A model generated the notes under the pieces. The model searched no databases, had not been told where the DNA came from, and saw nothing but the letters and a program-made list of their open reading frames with translations. From an uncultured Verrucomicrobiae bacterium (lineage in GTDB: Bacteria; Verrucomicrobiota; Verrucomicrobiia; Chthoniobacterales; UBA10450), in contig CAWFGO010000002.1 in assembly GCA_963815455.1 (NCBI GenBank), positions 96,001 to 160,000 of the forward strand: DNA of 64,000 nucleotides, read 5' to 3'. The position numbers and the translations under genes were made by a program. Positions 1-9,093 of the stretch are shown here, piece by piece. Each line of letters starts with the position of its first letter. Positions within the stretch are counted from its first letter, which is position 1.

Positions 1-1950
1 CCGCTTCGCTATGCGAAGCGTTCTTGCTCGTTGCAGGCGATTGATACTTGAGCGGTTCCACCGGCGGGACGCTCTCCGCCGAATCTGTCGCTGCGCCGGC
101 TGGAACAACCTCATACAAAGCCGTCACCGTATGCCCGGCGCCAATCTCGCCAGCATCGACCTTGTCGTTATTGAAATCCTCTTTGCGCAACATCCGTTTC
201 TCGTATCCGATCAGCCGATACGACGCCACCCGAGCAGGATTGAACTCGACCTGAATCTTCACGTCCTTCGCGATCGTCACCAGCGTCCCATTCATTTGCT
301 GAACGAGAACCTTGCGCGCTTCATCGAGCGAATCGAGATAAGCATGATTCCCGTTCCCTTTGTCGGCCAGCTTTTGCATGGTCGAATCCTTCAAGTTGTC
401 AGTGCCAACGCCGACCACGCTTAAGAACACGCCGCTCTTCGCCTTCTCCTCGATCAAGCGGATTAGATCGCCCTGGCTTGTCACCCCGATGTTGAAATCG
501 CCGTCCGTCGCCAGGATCACCCGATTCACACCGCCCTTGATGAAATTGTCGGTCGCGATCCTGTAGGCCAGCTCGATTCCCTCCGCACCATTGGTCGATC
601 CGCCGGCCTGCAAATTTTCCAGTGCGTCGAGAATCTTCTCCTTGTGATCGCCGCTAGTGGACGGCAGCACCAGACCGGAACTACCGGCGTAAACCACAAT
701 CGCCACTCGATCGTTCTCAGTTAGCTTATCGACGAGCAATCGCATCGCCTGTTTCACTAGCGGCAACCGCTCCGGTTCGTCCATCGAGCCCGAGACATCG
801 AGCAGGAAAACAAGATTGCTCGCGCCGCGCTTATCAATCGCAATCTCACGGCCTTTTAGTCCGATGCGCACGAGCCGGTGCGATGTTTCCCACGGACAAC
901 CGGTAACATCGACATGCACAGCGAACGGCTTTTCATCGGTCGGCTGCGCATAATCGTAAGTGAAATAGTTGATCATCTCCTCCACCCGCACCGCGTCCTT
1001 CGGCGGCAGCGATCCTTCATTGATGAATCGCCGCACGTTCGAATACGAAGCGGTGTCCACATCGATCGAGAACGTTGAAAGCGGATTCGCCTTCGAGTCG
1101 AGAAATGGATTCTCCTCGGATGTGATCGTAGGTCGCGGTGTTGAAGTCACTGAAGGTTCGCGAATTCAGCGGCCATAATCCGTAAGCGACGGTTCCGCCG
1201 CAGCGTACGATTGCACCAAACCAGCTGCCACTCGGGCTAGCTTGGCTGGACGTTTGGCTACTGCTCTATTGCGCGAAACAATCGGTGCCCGATTCTCCCG
1301 TTTCGAAAACACGGCGATATCGGTTTTGTCTTCGCCCGCGCCCGCCGTGCGCGCCCCCGGCAACGTGTTGCCGTACGATTCGGGCGTGATTGAAGGCACC
1401 TCCGACCTTCTATAGGCTTCGAAAGCGCAAGTTCCTCGCTAAATTCTGGCTGTTCCGCGGGCGCTGAATCTTGCCGCTTGTAGCTTCGCTTTGCTCTAGC
1501 TCGCCCTGAATCTCGCCGAGGGAAGACGCCGCGCCAACCGCAGAGGGGTTCCCGCAAACTCCGGACTTCCTTCCGTTTCTATCTCTGCAAATTTGTTTCC
1601 CTCACGCGGCGCAACAGCCAGCGGATTAACGCGCCAATTGTAGGAACCAATCGCCAGTGCTCCGATCACCGCGAGAAGAGCCAGAACGGCCGCAATCGCC
1701 AAAGGGCGCCCTTTTGACCAAACCCAGGGATCATCGCGAATATCGATCAAGTTCGCGGCGGGTGGCCTTTCATCGTTCAACTGGGCAGCGAACTCGTTTC
1801 GGGCGTCCGTGCCAAGCCTCTCGTTTCATTCACAGCACGCTGCGCTTCGGGCGAATCGGCGACCGCTCTTGCGACTGCCGATCTTTCCGGCTCGTCTAAT
1901 TCGTCTAGCGCGAACGCAGTCAATTTAGGATCATCGAGGTTCATTTTCAT
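1..1950 (-). CDS. YfbK-like VWA-domain protein with N-terminal anti-sigma-like/TM region; frameshifted, 3' end beyond window start
   Basis: Manual translation gives [18 protein letters not shown] at 1950 (1-nt overlap with the sigma stop), a TM segment, then [24 protein letters not shown] (MIDAS), [17 protein letters not shown]. Several frame breaks between ~1160 and ~1810. Confidence 0.8.
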
Positions 1951-2498
1951 CAGGTGGTTCTGGGTTCAAATGGCAAAAAATCCTTGGAAGCTTCCGCATA
2001 ACGCAGTCGCAACGTTTTCAGCCCGGTGTGAATCAGAACACCGACGTTGTTGGCGTTTGTTTTCGTGATCTCGGCGATTTGGTGATAACTGAGATCGTTT
2101 TGAAATTTGAGTTGAATCACTTCCTGCTGCCGCGGCGGCAACGTCGCCACGATGCGTAATAGGAATCCGGCCGCTTCCTTTTGCTCAAGTTGTTCGAACG
2201 GCATTGCCTGGTCGCTCGCACGCGATTCGATTACTTCCTCGTCGAGAAAGATCATCCGTTTTTCTTTTCGACACACGTTGAGCGCGCCATTGCGGCAAAC
2301 TGTGAAGAGCCACGTCACCGGCTCGCCTTCATGGGCAACACCGTTCCGCTGAAATTTCATGAATGTCTCCTGGACCACATCCCTCGCCCTTTCCCTGTCC
2401 CCCGTGATCCGCGTCGCGAATTGCAGCAGCGGAATCTCAAATCGCCGTATCAGCGTTTCGATCCGCTCCGATTCCGCGTTCGCGTCAGAGTCCGGCAT
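1950..2498 (-). CDS. ECF RNA polymerase sigma factor
   Basis: Region 2 ARDVVQETF..WLFTVCRN; region 4 LPPRQQEVIQLKFQNDLSYHQIAEI. Confidence 0.92.
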   Translation of the reverse strand: MPDSDANAESERIETLIRRFEIPLLQFATRITGDRERARDVVQETFMKFQRNGVAHEGEPVTWLFTVCRNGALNVCRKEKRMIFLDEEVIESRASDQAMPFEQLEQKEAAGFLLRIVATLPPRQQEVIQLKFQNDLSYHQIAEITKTNANNVGVLIHTGLKTLRLRYAEASKDFLPFEPRTT

Positions 2499-2513
2499 AT
2501 GTTCAGGAAGTTT

Positions 2514-2540
2514 AACGCGCGAGCTGGCAAAAAATTAGGA
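2514..2540 (-). promoter_or_regulatory. Putative ECF promoter TCCTAA-N17-CGTT upstream of the ECF gene
   Basis: Same bipartite motif and spacing as upstream of the tonB-like gene. Confidence 0.4.
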
Positions 2541-2575
2541 AATTCTTGTCGTTGTAGGCCAACAAGCGCCAACAT

Positions 2576-3205
2576 CTAATACGATGCGCCGCTAAGTGTA
2601 TAAGTGATCGGAACTTGGACCCTTGTAACCGTCCCAGGCCGGAATCGCCATCTTCGAAAGGCGCTCACGGCCGAATTATCCAGAACCGCGCTTCCGGTGG
2701 ATTGCACGATTCGAGCGTCGGTCACATTACCGCTCGATGAGTCGATCGTTAGGATAACCACGCCTGACCCAGTGGCGCGCTGCCGCCGCGCTTCATACGG
2801 ATAACTTGGACGTGGCGCATAGATCGCCAGCACTTTCACTGAGCCGAGGCTCGGACCAGAGACTCCCGGTGCCGACGCTGATTTTACAATGAGAGGCATT
2901 GGTTTCCGTTTTTTCGCGCTAACCGGCGCCGGAGAAGAACTCTCTTCCGGAAATGCTTCGTCTTGTTTGACGAACTCGGAAGGCTCCGGTGGTATTGGTT
3001 CGTCGGGCTGGATTGGCGATTGCTCCGGCGGCGGATCAATCGCTACAACTACGCCGGGGTCGGTTGTCGGCGGAAACGATGGAGCCTCGGGCGCATTCCG
3101 GGCCAGAGAGATTGCGGCAAAATGAAGCGCGATCGCGCAAACAAATGCGACCCAGATCCGCCAACGCTTAGTCCGCGAGTAAAGCAAAGCTGATGTCATG
3201 ATCAA
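2576..3205 (-). CDS. Energy transducer TonB family protein
   Basis: N-terminal TM, Pro-rich linker, TonB_C motif PSYPYEARRQ..G.V....STG...LDNSA..AFRRWRFRP. Confidence 0.88.
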   Translation of the reverse strand: MIMTSALLYSRTKRWRIWVAFVCAIALHFAAISLARNAPEAPSFPPTTDPGVVVAIDPPPEQSPIQPDEPIPPEPSEFVKQDEAFPEESSSPAPVSAKKRKPMPLIVKSASAPGVSGPSLGSVKVLAIYAPRPSYPYEARRQRATGSGVVILTIDSSSGNVTDARIVQSTGSAVLDNSAVSAFRRWRFRPGTVTRVQVPITYTLSGASY

Positions 3206-3222
3206 ATCCTCCTGATGAGACG

Positions 3223-3249
3223 AACACCGCAGCCGGAGAAAACTTAGGA
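3223..3249 (-). promoter_or_regulatory. Putative ECF promoter TCCTAA-N17-TGTT upstream of tonB-like gene
   Basis: Matches the motif upstream of the adjacent ECF sigma gene. Confidence 0.4.
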
Positions 3250-3295
3250 AAAATAATGCGACGCTCGGAGAGTGCCGCTACAATCGCCGGATCGG

Positions 3296-4186
3296 ATGAA
3301 CCTGAAGACGTATCTCAAATCGCGCCAAAAGCAGATCGACCGCGCGTTGGATCAATATCTGCCCAACGAGAGCACCAGGCCGGCGACGATTCATAGGGCG
3401 ATGCGCTATAGCCTGTTTGCTGGGGGAAAACGGCTTCGGCCAATTTTGTGTCTGGCGGCAGCCGAGGCTTGCGGCGGGAGGATCGACAAGGCGCTCCCGC
3501 TCGCTTGCGCAATCGAGTGCATTCATACCTATTCGCTGGTTCACGACGATCTCCCCAGCATGGATAACGACGATTTCCGGCGTGGCCGCCCGACTTGTCA
3601 TAAGGTTTTCGGCGAAGGCATGGGGGTGCTGACGGGGGATGCCTTGTTGACAATCGCCTTTGAAATCTTGTCCCGGACAAAGCCAACCCGTCGCTACGAC
3701 ATGTCGATGTTGCTGCGCGAGGTCGCGGTCGCCGCGGGCAGCGAAAAACTGATCGCCGGACAGGTGGCCGATCTGGAAGCCGAAGGCAAGAATGCGGATC
3801 GGGGCCAGTTACGTTACATCCACGAAAATAAGACCGCGGCGATTCTGGCCACTTCGGTGCGGCTCGGGGCAATGAGCGCCAACGCGAACTCGAAACAGCT
3901 TGGCGCCATCACAAAATTCGGACGCGCGCTTGGGCTCGCTTTTCAAGTGATTGACGACATTCTCGACGTGACGCAAACCTCCGAAAAACTCGGCAAGAGC
4001 GCGGGCAAAGATATCGCCGCGCGGAAAGCGACTTACCCCGCCGTCATTGGGCTGCAAGAATCGCGCGCCGAAGCGAAACGGTTAACGCGTCGCGCGCACG
4101 AAGCCTTGTCGATTTTCGGCTCAAAGGGAGAAGCCTTGCACGCGCTCGCGAATTACTTGCTCGAACGCGAGTACCTAAAGATGTAG
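3296..4186 (+). CDS. ispA: Polyprenyl (farnesyl/geranylgeranyl) diphosphate synthase
   Basis: GGKRLRP, HTYSLVHDDLPSMDNDDFRRG (FARM), FQVIDDILD (SARM), GKDIAARKATYP. Confidence 0.93.
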   Translation: MNLKTYLKSRQKQIDRALDQYLPNESTRPATIHRAMRYSLFAGGKRLRPILCLAAAEACGGRIDKALPLACAIECIHTYSLVHDDLPSMDNDDFRRGRPTCHKVFGEGMGVLTGDALLTIAFEILSRTKPTRRYDMSMLLREVAVAAGSEKLIAGQVADLEAEGKNADRGQLRYIHENKTAAILATSVRLGAMSANANSKQLGAITKFGRALGLAFQVIDDILDVTQTSEKLGKSAGKDIAARKATYPAVIGLQESRAEAKRLTRRAHEALSIFGSKGEALHALANYLLEREYLKM

Positions 4187-4207
4187 AGGTCCGTTCGTCC
4201 GCGACGA

Positions 4208-4495
4208 TCAATCTCTTGGGGGCTGGGGATCTCCGGCCGGATCGAGCGGGCGATTAAGCAAAGTCTCCGGGGTCGGACTCGGTGTCAGCGCCGCCTCCGG
4301 AACCTCTTCCACTCGTTCTCTAGCCGTCGGGAGTTTTATCTTGCCACGCTCCACTCGGCCGCTCTCTTCCAGCTTCGCCAGGTTCCTCGCCTTTTCTTCG
4401 GCCTCGGCTTTTCGCTCCTGGCGATAGCTGGCGCAAGCGCTCAAGAAAATGAACCCTGCCAAAATTCCCCCAAAAATTGCCAATCTCACAACCAT
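4208..4495 (-). CDS. Small putative lipoprotein
   Basis: Hydrophobic signal with lipobox LSAC; fills the gap between ispA and tsaD. Confidence 0.6.
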   Translation of the reverse strand: MVVRLAIFGGILAGFIFLSACASYRQERKAEAEEKARNLAKLEESGRVERGKIKLPTARERVEEVPEAALTPSPTPETLLNRPLDPAGDPQPPRD

Positions 4496-4517
4496 AGAAT
4501 AAAGCGAGAATGATCAA

Positions 4518-5645
4518 CTAAACGAGCGCAAGATTTGGGTCTATCTCTTCACTGACCTTCGATTCGAACCCGCCCATTAATCGCTTCGAGGCCGCAAACG
4601 CGATCATCGCCGCGTTATCGGTGCACAACCATGGCTCCGCGCTCCGGAACTCGAATCCTTCCCGCGCACATGCCTCTCGTAATTGCCGGCGCAATTCTTC
4701 GTTGCAACTCACTCCACCGCTCACCGTCACAAGACTGACATCGTATTTCCGCGCCGCCGCGATCGTCTTGCTCACCAGAACATCGACAATCGCCTGCTGG
4801 AATGAGGCGCAGAGATCATTCATGTCATCCCGAGCGAAGTCGAGGGACCTCGTTGCGCTACCTTCAAGATTTTTCATCGCGATCCCTCGACTACGCTTCG
4901 CTTCGCTCGGGATGACGGCGAGTTTCGGCAACATGTACCGCACAGCCGTTTTCAATCCGCTAAAACTAAAATTTTCGGAATCGAGCATGCTTCGGGGCAG
5001 ATCAAATCGCTTCGGGTCGCCAGTCCGTGCCTGTTTTTCGATTTCCGGGCCGCCGGGATAACCGAGCCCGAGCATCTTGGCGACTTTGTCGAACGCTTCG
5101 CCGGCGGCATCATCGACCGTGCGTCCGACGATTTCGTAATCGCCGACGCCACGCACGAAGATCGACATTGTATGCCCGCCGCTGACGATCAGAGCGATAT
5201 GGCGAGGAATCGTGGCATTGGCATCCTGCCGATGGTTCCTGGGTTTACATCGGCTGGAAGCCGATGCCACAAAAGGCGAAAGCAAATGGCCTTCGAGATG
5301 ATTGATGGCCAGATATGGTTTGCCGAAACCAATCGCGAGCCCCTTAGCAATTGAAGCCCCAATCATGAGCGAACTTGCCAAGCCGGGCCCGCCAGTGGCG
5401 GCGAAAGCATCGATCTGGGACATGTCGATCCTGGCCGCGCGGGTGGCGCGTTCGAGCAGACGCGGCGCGTGCAGCAGATGATTGCGAGACGCGATCTCAG
5501 GCACGACTCCGCCGTAAGCTTCATGCGCGGCGACTTGCGATGCGACTTCGCTGGCGAGCAACTCCGAGCCGGAGTTGCCTTCCGACTTCCGCAGGATCGC
5601 CACCGCAGTTTCGTCACAGGAAGTTTCTAAAGCTAGTACTGTCAT
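4518..5645 (-). CDS. tsaD: tRNA N6-adenosine threonylcarbamoyltransferase TsaD, with two in-frame repeat insertions
   Basis: LALETSCDET, GGVVPEIASRNH, HLEGH, VSGGHT, DDAAGEAFDK, FSFSGLKT, CTDNAAMIA. Confidence 0.96.
   Translation of the reverse strand: MTVLALETSCDETAVAILRKSEGNSGSELLASEVASQVAAHEAYGGVVPEIASRNHLLHAPRLLERATRAARIDMSQIDAFAATGGPGLASSLMIGASIAKGLAIGFGKPYLAINHLEGHLLSPFVASASSRCKPRNHRQDANATIPRHIALIVSGGHTMSIFVRGVGDYEIVGRTVDDAAGEAFDKVAKMLGLGYPGGPEIEKQARTGDPKRFDLPRSMLDSENFSFSGLKTAVRYMLPKLAVIPSEAKRSRGIAMKNLEGSATRSLDFARDDMNDLCASFQQAIVDVLVSKTIAAARKYDVSLVTVSGGVSCNEELRRQLREACAREGFEFRSAEPWLCTDNAAMIAFAASKRLMGGFESKVSEEIDPNLALV
4824..4916. repeat. GTCATCC...GGATGAC palindromic element (93 bp) in frame inside tsaD
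   Basis: Terminal IR gtcatcccgagcgaag/cttcgctcgggatgac; related copies are intergenic. Confidence 0.85.
5212..5270. repeat. GTGG-type REP pair (REPIN-like) in frame inside tsaD
   Basis: gtggcattggcatcctgccgatg...catcggctggaagccgatgccac; same family as 30332-30380. Confidence 0.85.
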
Positions 5646-5786
5646 GTCGAGCAAAGTCGCCTGCCGAGCCGTAGCTTTATGCGAAGGTCTGGAGACATCC
5701 CGTTGCCTAGCCTTAAGGTAATGCAGCGGGGTTCCTCCCTCCTTCGCATAAAGCTACGGCGTGGCAGGCGACTTCGCTCGGAATGC
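5641..5786. repeat. GTCAT-family palindromic element with two nested ~32-bp sub-elements
   Basis: gtcatgtcgagcaaagtc[gcctgccgagccgtagctttatgcgaagg]...[ccttcgcataaagctacggcgtggcaggc]gacttcgctcggaatgcc. Confidence 0.8.
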
Positions 5787-5794
5787 CGGCTGGG

Positions 5795-7093
5795 CTACTT
5801 CTTCACCGGTTCCGTTTTCGATCCGCCCTGTTGCGCGTAAATCATGACGCCTTTGAGCGCGTCGATGGCACGCAGCATTTGCGGATCTCGTGTCTTGACG
5901 AGGATTTTGTCTTCGTCGGCCCTGGCGCCCTCGGTGCTTCGCGCGGTGAAGAGCAGGCGCGATTGTTCCACCGTTAGCGGCACCCGAATATTGGGGGTAA
6001 TGCCATTCCCCTGAATCACCTGCTTGCCCGGTGTATAATATTTCGCGGTGGTAATGCGCAACGCCGATCCGTCCGGCAATTGCAGGACATTCTGAACCGA
6101 GCCTTTCCCAAAAGTCGTTTCGCCTACCAGAATCGCACGGCGCAAATCCTTCAGCGCGCCCGCGACGATTTCGGCGCCGCTGGCGCTCCCTTCATTCACC
6201 AGGACGGCCATTGGAAAATGGGGACGTTCTTTTATTCCTCCCGATGTGGCATAATCGCGTTGCTGGGATGCGACGCGCCCCTGCGTTGAAACCACTTTCG
6301 TGCTCGGCGGTAAAAATTGCGCGCATACGTCGACCGCGCTGTTCAACAGCCCGCCCGGATTATTGCGAAGATCGAGAATGAGCGCCTGCATCCCGCGCTT
6401 CTGCAAGTCGTCGAGCGCTTTCGACAATTCGTCGGCCGTCGGTTCGTTGAACTGGATCAAGCGGACATAACCGATCTTGAACGGCCCGGTCAGCTCCGGA
6501 TCCAACAGCCGCACCGCTTTCACGCTTTGCACTTTTATCTCTACCCGCTCGAGCGTGTATTCCTTGATCTCCTTGGTCGAAGGCCGCAACAATGTGAGTG
6601 TCACCTTTCGTCCGGGCGGTCCGCGCAAAACATTGACCGCGTCTTGCAGTTCCATTCTTTCGGTCGAAGTGCCATTGATCTTCAGAATCTGGTCGCCCGA
6701 GAGAATGCCGGCCTTGGCCGCGGGCGTGTCCTCCATCGCGCTGACAACCGTGGGCACACCGTTTTTTATCGAGACCTCGACGCCGAGTCCGTTGAACCGG
6801 CTCCGGGTATCGTCCTGCATATCGCGAAAATCGTTCGGATCCATGAACTGGCTGTGGGGATCGAGCGATGCCAGCATCCCTTTCATTGCCGCCGTGATCA
6901 GATCGTGGTAGCCCGTCTTGTTCCCATCGACATAATCCTGCCGGATCACTTGAAGCGCCTTTGCGAAAATGGAGATTTGCGAGTAACCGTTGTCGTCTTC
7001 CTCATTCGCTGCGCGGGCGTCATGAAAACGCTCGCCGAGCCAAACGAAGGACAACAGGCAAATCAACCCGCCGAGAATCAGGCTTCGTCTCAT
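5795..7093 (-). CDS. S41 family C-terminal processing peptidase (PDZ)
   Basis: LDPHS, PDZ domain, LDLRNNPGG, SASGAEI, TFGKGSVQ. Confidence 0.95.
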   Translation of the reverse strand: MRRSLILGGLICLLSFVWLGERFHDARAANEEDDNGYSQISIFAKALQVIRQDYVDGNKTGYHDLITAAMKGMLASLDPHSQFMDPNDFRDMQDDTRSRFNGLGVEVSIKNGVPTVVSAMEDTPAAKAGILSGDQILKINGTSTERMELQDAVNVLRGPPGRKVTLTLLRPSTKEIKEYTLERVEIKVQSVKAVRLLDPELTGPFKIGYVRLIQFNEPTADELSKALDDLQKRGMQALILDLRNNPGGLLNSAVDVCAQFLPPSTKVVSTQGRVASQQRDYATSGGIKERPHFPMAVLVNEGSASGAEIVAGALKDLRRAILVGETTFGKGSVQNVLQLPDGSALRITTAKYYTPGKQVIQGNGITPNIRVPLTVEQSRLLFTARSTEGARADEDKILVKTRDPQMLRAIDALKGVMIYAQQGGSKTEPVKK

Positions 7094-7176
7094 TTTATGA
7101 AAAATACCGCCGCACCATCGCTCATGTGGAAATTTTTGGCAATGAGCGCGGTGCGGTTAAACTTGTCGAAGGTGTA

Positions 7177-8955
7177 ATGATCTTTTGCCTGAAAATCGTC
7201 GTTCGCGCCGCTTTCCTGTTCGCGCTCTGTTTGCCCACGGCGAACACATTCGCCGCCCAAACCGCGGATTCGGAATATGAGAAGGTGGCCGAAGAATTCA
7301 TTAAGGGTTACTTCGCCGCTAATCCGGTCGAGGCTACGGCCCTCGGGCTCCACGAATACGACGGCAAGATCACCGATTTCAGCCGCCTCGCTTTGGATGC
7401 CGAGCTGGCCCGGTTGCGCCGGTTCGACGATCGGCTGAACAAATTCGAGCTCGATAAGCTAAGCGCGCGGCAGTCGCTCGACCTCCGCACGCTGAAAGCG
7501 GCCATTCGAAAAGAAATTCTGCGAAGACAGGAAATGGGCATCTACGAGCGCAACCCCATGGTTTATGCGCGCGCCGTCGATCTGGATGTCTATATCAAGC
7601 GCGCATTCGCCCCGCTCGATGACCGCGTTCGCAGCATCATCTCCATCGAATCGCAGGTCCCCAACATCATGATCGCGGCCAAGACCAATCTGGACGACGT
7701 GCTTCCCAAACCCTATGTCGAGCTCGCCATTCAAATCGCCAGAGGCGCCGCGGATTTCTTAAGGACGAATCTGGTGGCATCCATTGCCGAACTGAAAGAC
7801 GATCGGATTCGCGCGGACTTCCAGGAATCCAATCGCAAAGCTGCGGCCGCTCTGGCCGATTATGCGTCGTGGCTGGAACGCGAAAAACTTCCCAAGGCAT
7901 CCTCCGAATTCGCGATCGGCGAGGAAAAATTCAAACGACTATTGGCAGAAACCGAGCTTGTCGATCTTACCCCGCCGAAACTTCTCGAGATCGGCCTGGC
8001 TCAGCTCAACTCCGAACAACGAGCGTTTACCGTGGCGGCTAAAGAAATTGATCCCACCAAGCCTGCCACCGAAGTTTTCAAACAAATTCAGCGCGAGCAT
8101 CCCACTGCGGAAAATCTGCTCTCCAGCATTGGGAACGATCTCGAAGACATCCGGAAATTCGTCATCAGTCACAAGCTCGTCACCATTCCGTCCGATGTCA
8201 GGGCGCGGGTAAAAGACACACCCCAATATCGGCGCGCCACGTCGTTCGCCTCCATGGACACGCCGGGCCCGTTCGAGAAACGAGCGACCGAAGCCTATTA
8301 TTATGTCACGCCGACAGAGAGCGATTGGTCCGATAAACAGAAGGAAGAGTGGTTAACCGCGTTCAATTATTACACGGCAGGCGTTGTTTCCATTCATGAG
8401 GCCTACCCGGGACATTACGTGCAGTTCCTGCGATTGAATGCGTCGCCCGCGACGAAAGTGGAAAAGGTTTTCGGCAGCTACGCTTTCACTGAGGGCTGGG
8501 CGCACTACTGCGAAAAGATGATGATCGACGAGGGTTACGCCGGCGCGTCCGGAGCAACTTCGAGCGAACAGGATGCAAAACGCGCCGCCAAATATCGCAT
8601 GGCCCAGAGCAGCGAGGCCCTGCTGCGCCTCTGCCGCTTATGCGTGTCGATCAAAATGCACACCCAAAAAATGTCGATCGACGAGGCCACGAAGTTTTTT
8701 CAGGACAACTGTTACTACGAAGAAAAACCGGCCCGAGCCGAAGCGATGCGCGGCACGTTTGACCCCGGCTACTTCAATTACACGCTCGGCAAATTGCAAA
8801 TCCTGAAACTGCGCGACGATTACAAAGCGCAGGAGGGAGAAAGTTTCTCGCTCCAAAAATTTCACAACGAAATTCTCAATCACGGAATGCCGCCGATTCG
8901 ACTCCTCCGCGAGATCATGCTCAAGGACAAGGCGAAATGGGACGAAGTGCTTTAA
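7177..8955 (+). CDS. DUF885 domain protein (secreted)
   Basis: Signal peptide; HEAYPGH, FTEGWAHYCE, YTLGKLQI motifs. Confidence 0.9.
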   Translation: MIFCLKIVVRAAFLFALCLPTANTFAAQTADSEYEKVAEEFIKGYFAANPVEATALGLHEYDGKITDFSRLALDAELARLRRFDDRLNKFELDKLSARQSLDLRTLKAAIRKEILRRQEMGIYERNPMVYARAVDLDVYIKRAFAPLDDRVRSIISIESQVPNIMIAAKTNLDDVLPKPYVELAIQIARGAADFLRTNLVASIAELKDDRIRADFQESNRKAAAALADYASWLEREKLPKASSEFAIGEEKFKRLLAETELVDLTPPKLLEIGLAQLNSEQRAFTVAAKEIDPTKPATEVFKQIQREHPTAENLLSSIGNDLEDIRKFVISHKLVTIPSDVRARVKDTPQYRRATSFASMDTPGPFEKRATEAYYYVTPTESDWSDKQKEEWLTAFNYYTAGVVSIHEAYPGHYVQFLRLNASPATKVEKVFGSYAFTEGWAHYCEKMMIDEGYAGASGATSSEQDAKRAAKYRMAQSSEALLRLCRLCVSIKMHTQKMSIDEATKFFQDNCYYEEKPARAEAMRGTFDPGYFNYTLGKLQILKLRDDYKAQEGESFSLQKFHNEILNHGMPPIRLLREIMLKDKAKWDEVL

Positions 8956-8962
8956 CCTCCCT

Positions 8963-9090
8963 ATCGTTCCGAGCCCCGAATGTTTTCGGGGTCGAGGAAT
9001 CCCGTTGCGTAACCTTTAACTTAATTCCACGGGATCCTTCCCGCCTTCGCATAAAGCTACGGCGCGGCAGGCGACTTCGCTCAGGACGAC
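8963..9090. repeat. GTCAT-family palindromic element with nested mini-elements between convergent genes
   Basis: Near reverse complement of 21206-21334; contains cccgaatgttttcggg and ccgccttcgcataaagctacggcgcggcaggc. Confidence 0.85.
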
Positions 9091-9093
9091 AAA

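Noticed and set aside
6961..7176. Long N-terminal ORF extensions (DUF885; also hldD, nfeD, ribD, OMP3, RHS)
   Set aside because: They overlap neighbouring genes or non-coding elements; downstream starts give proper signal peptides or domain starts.
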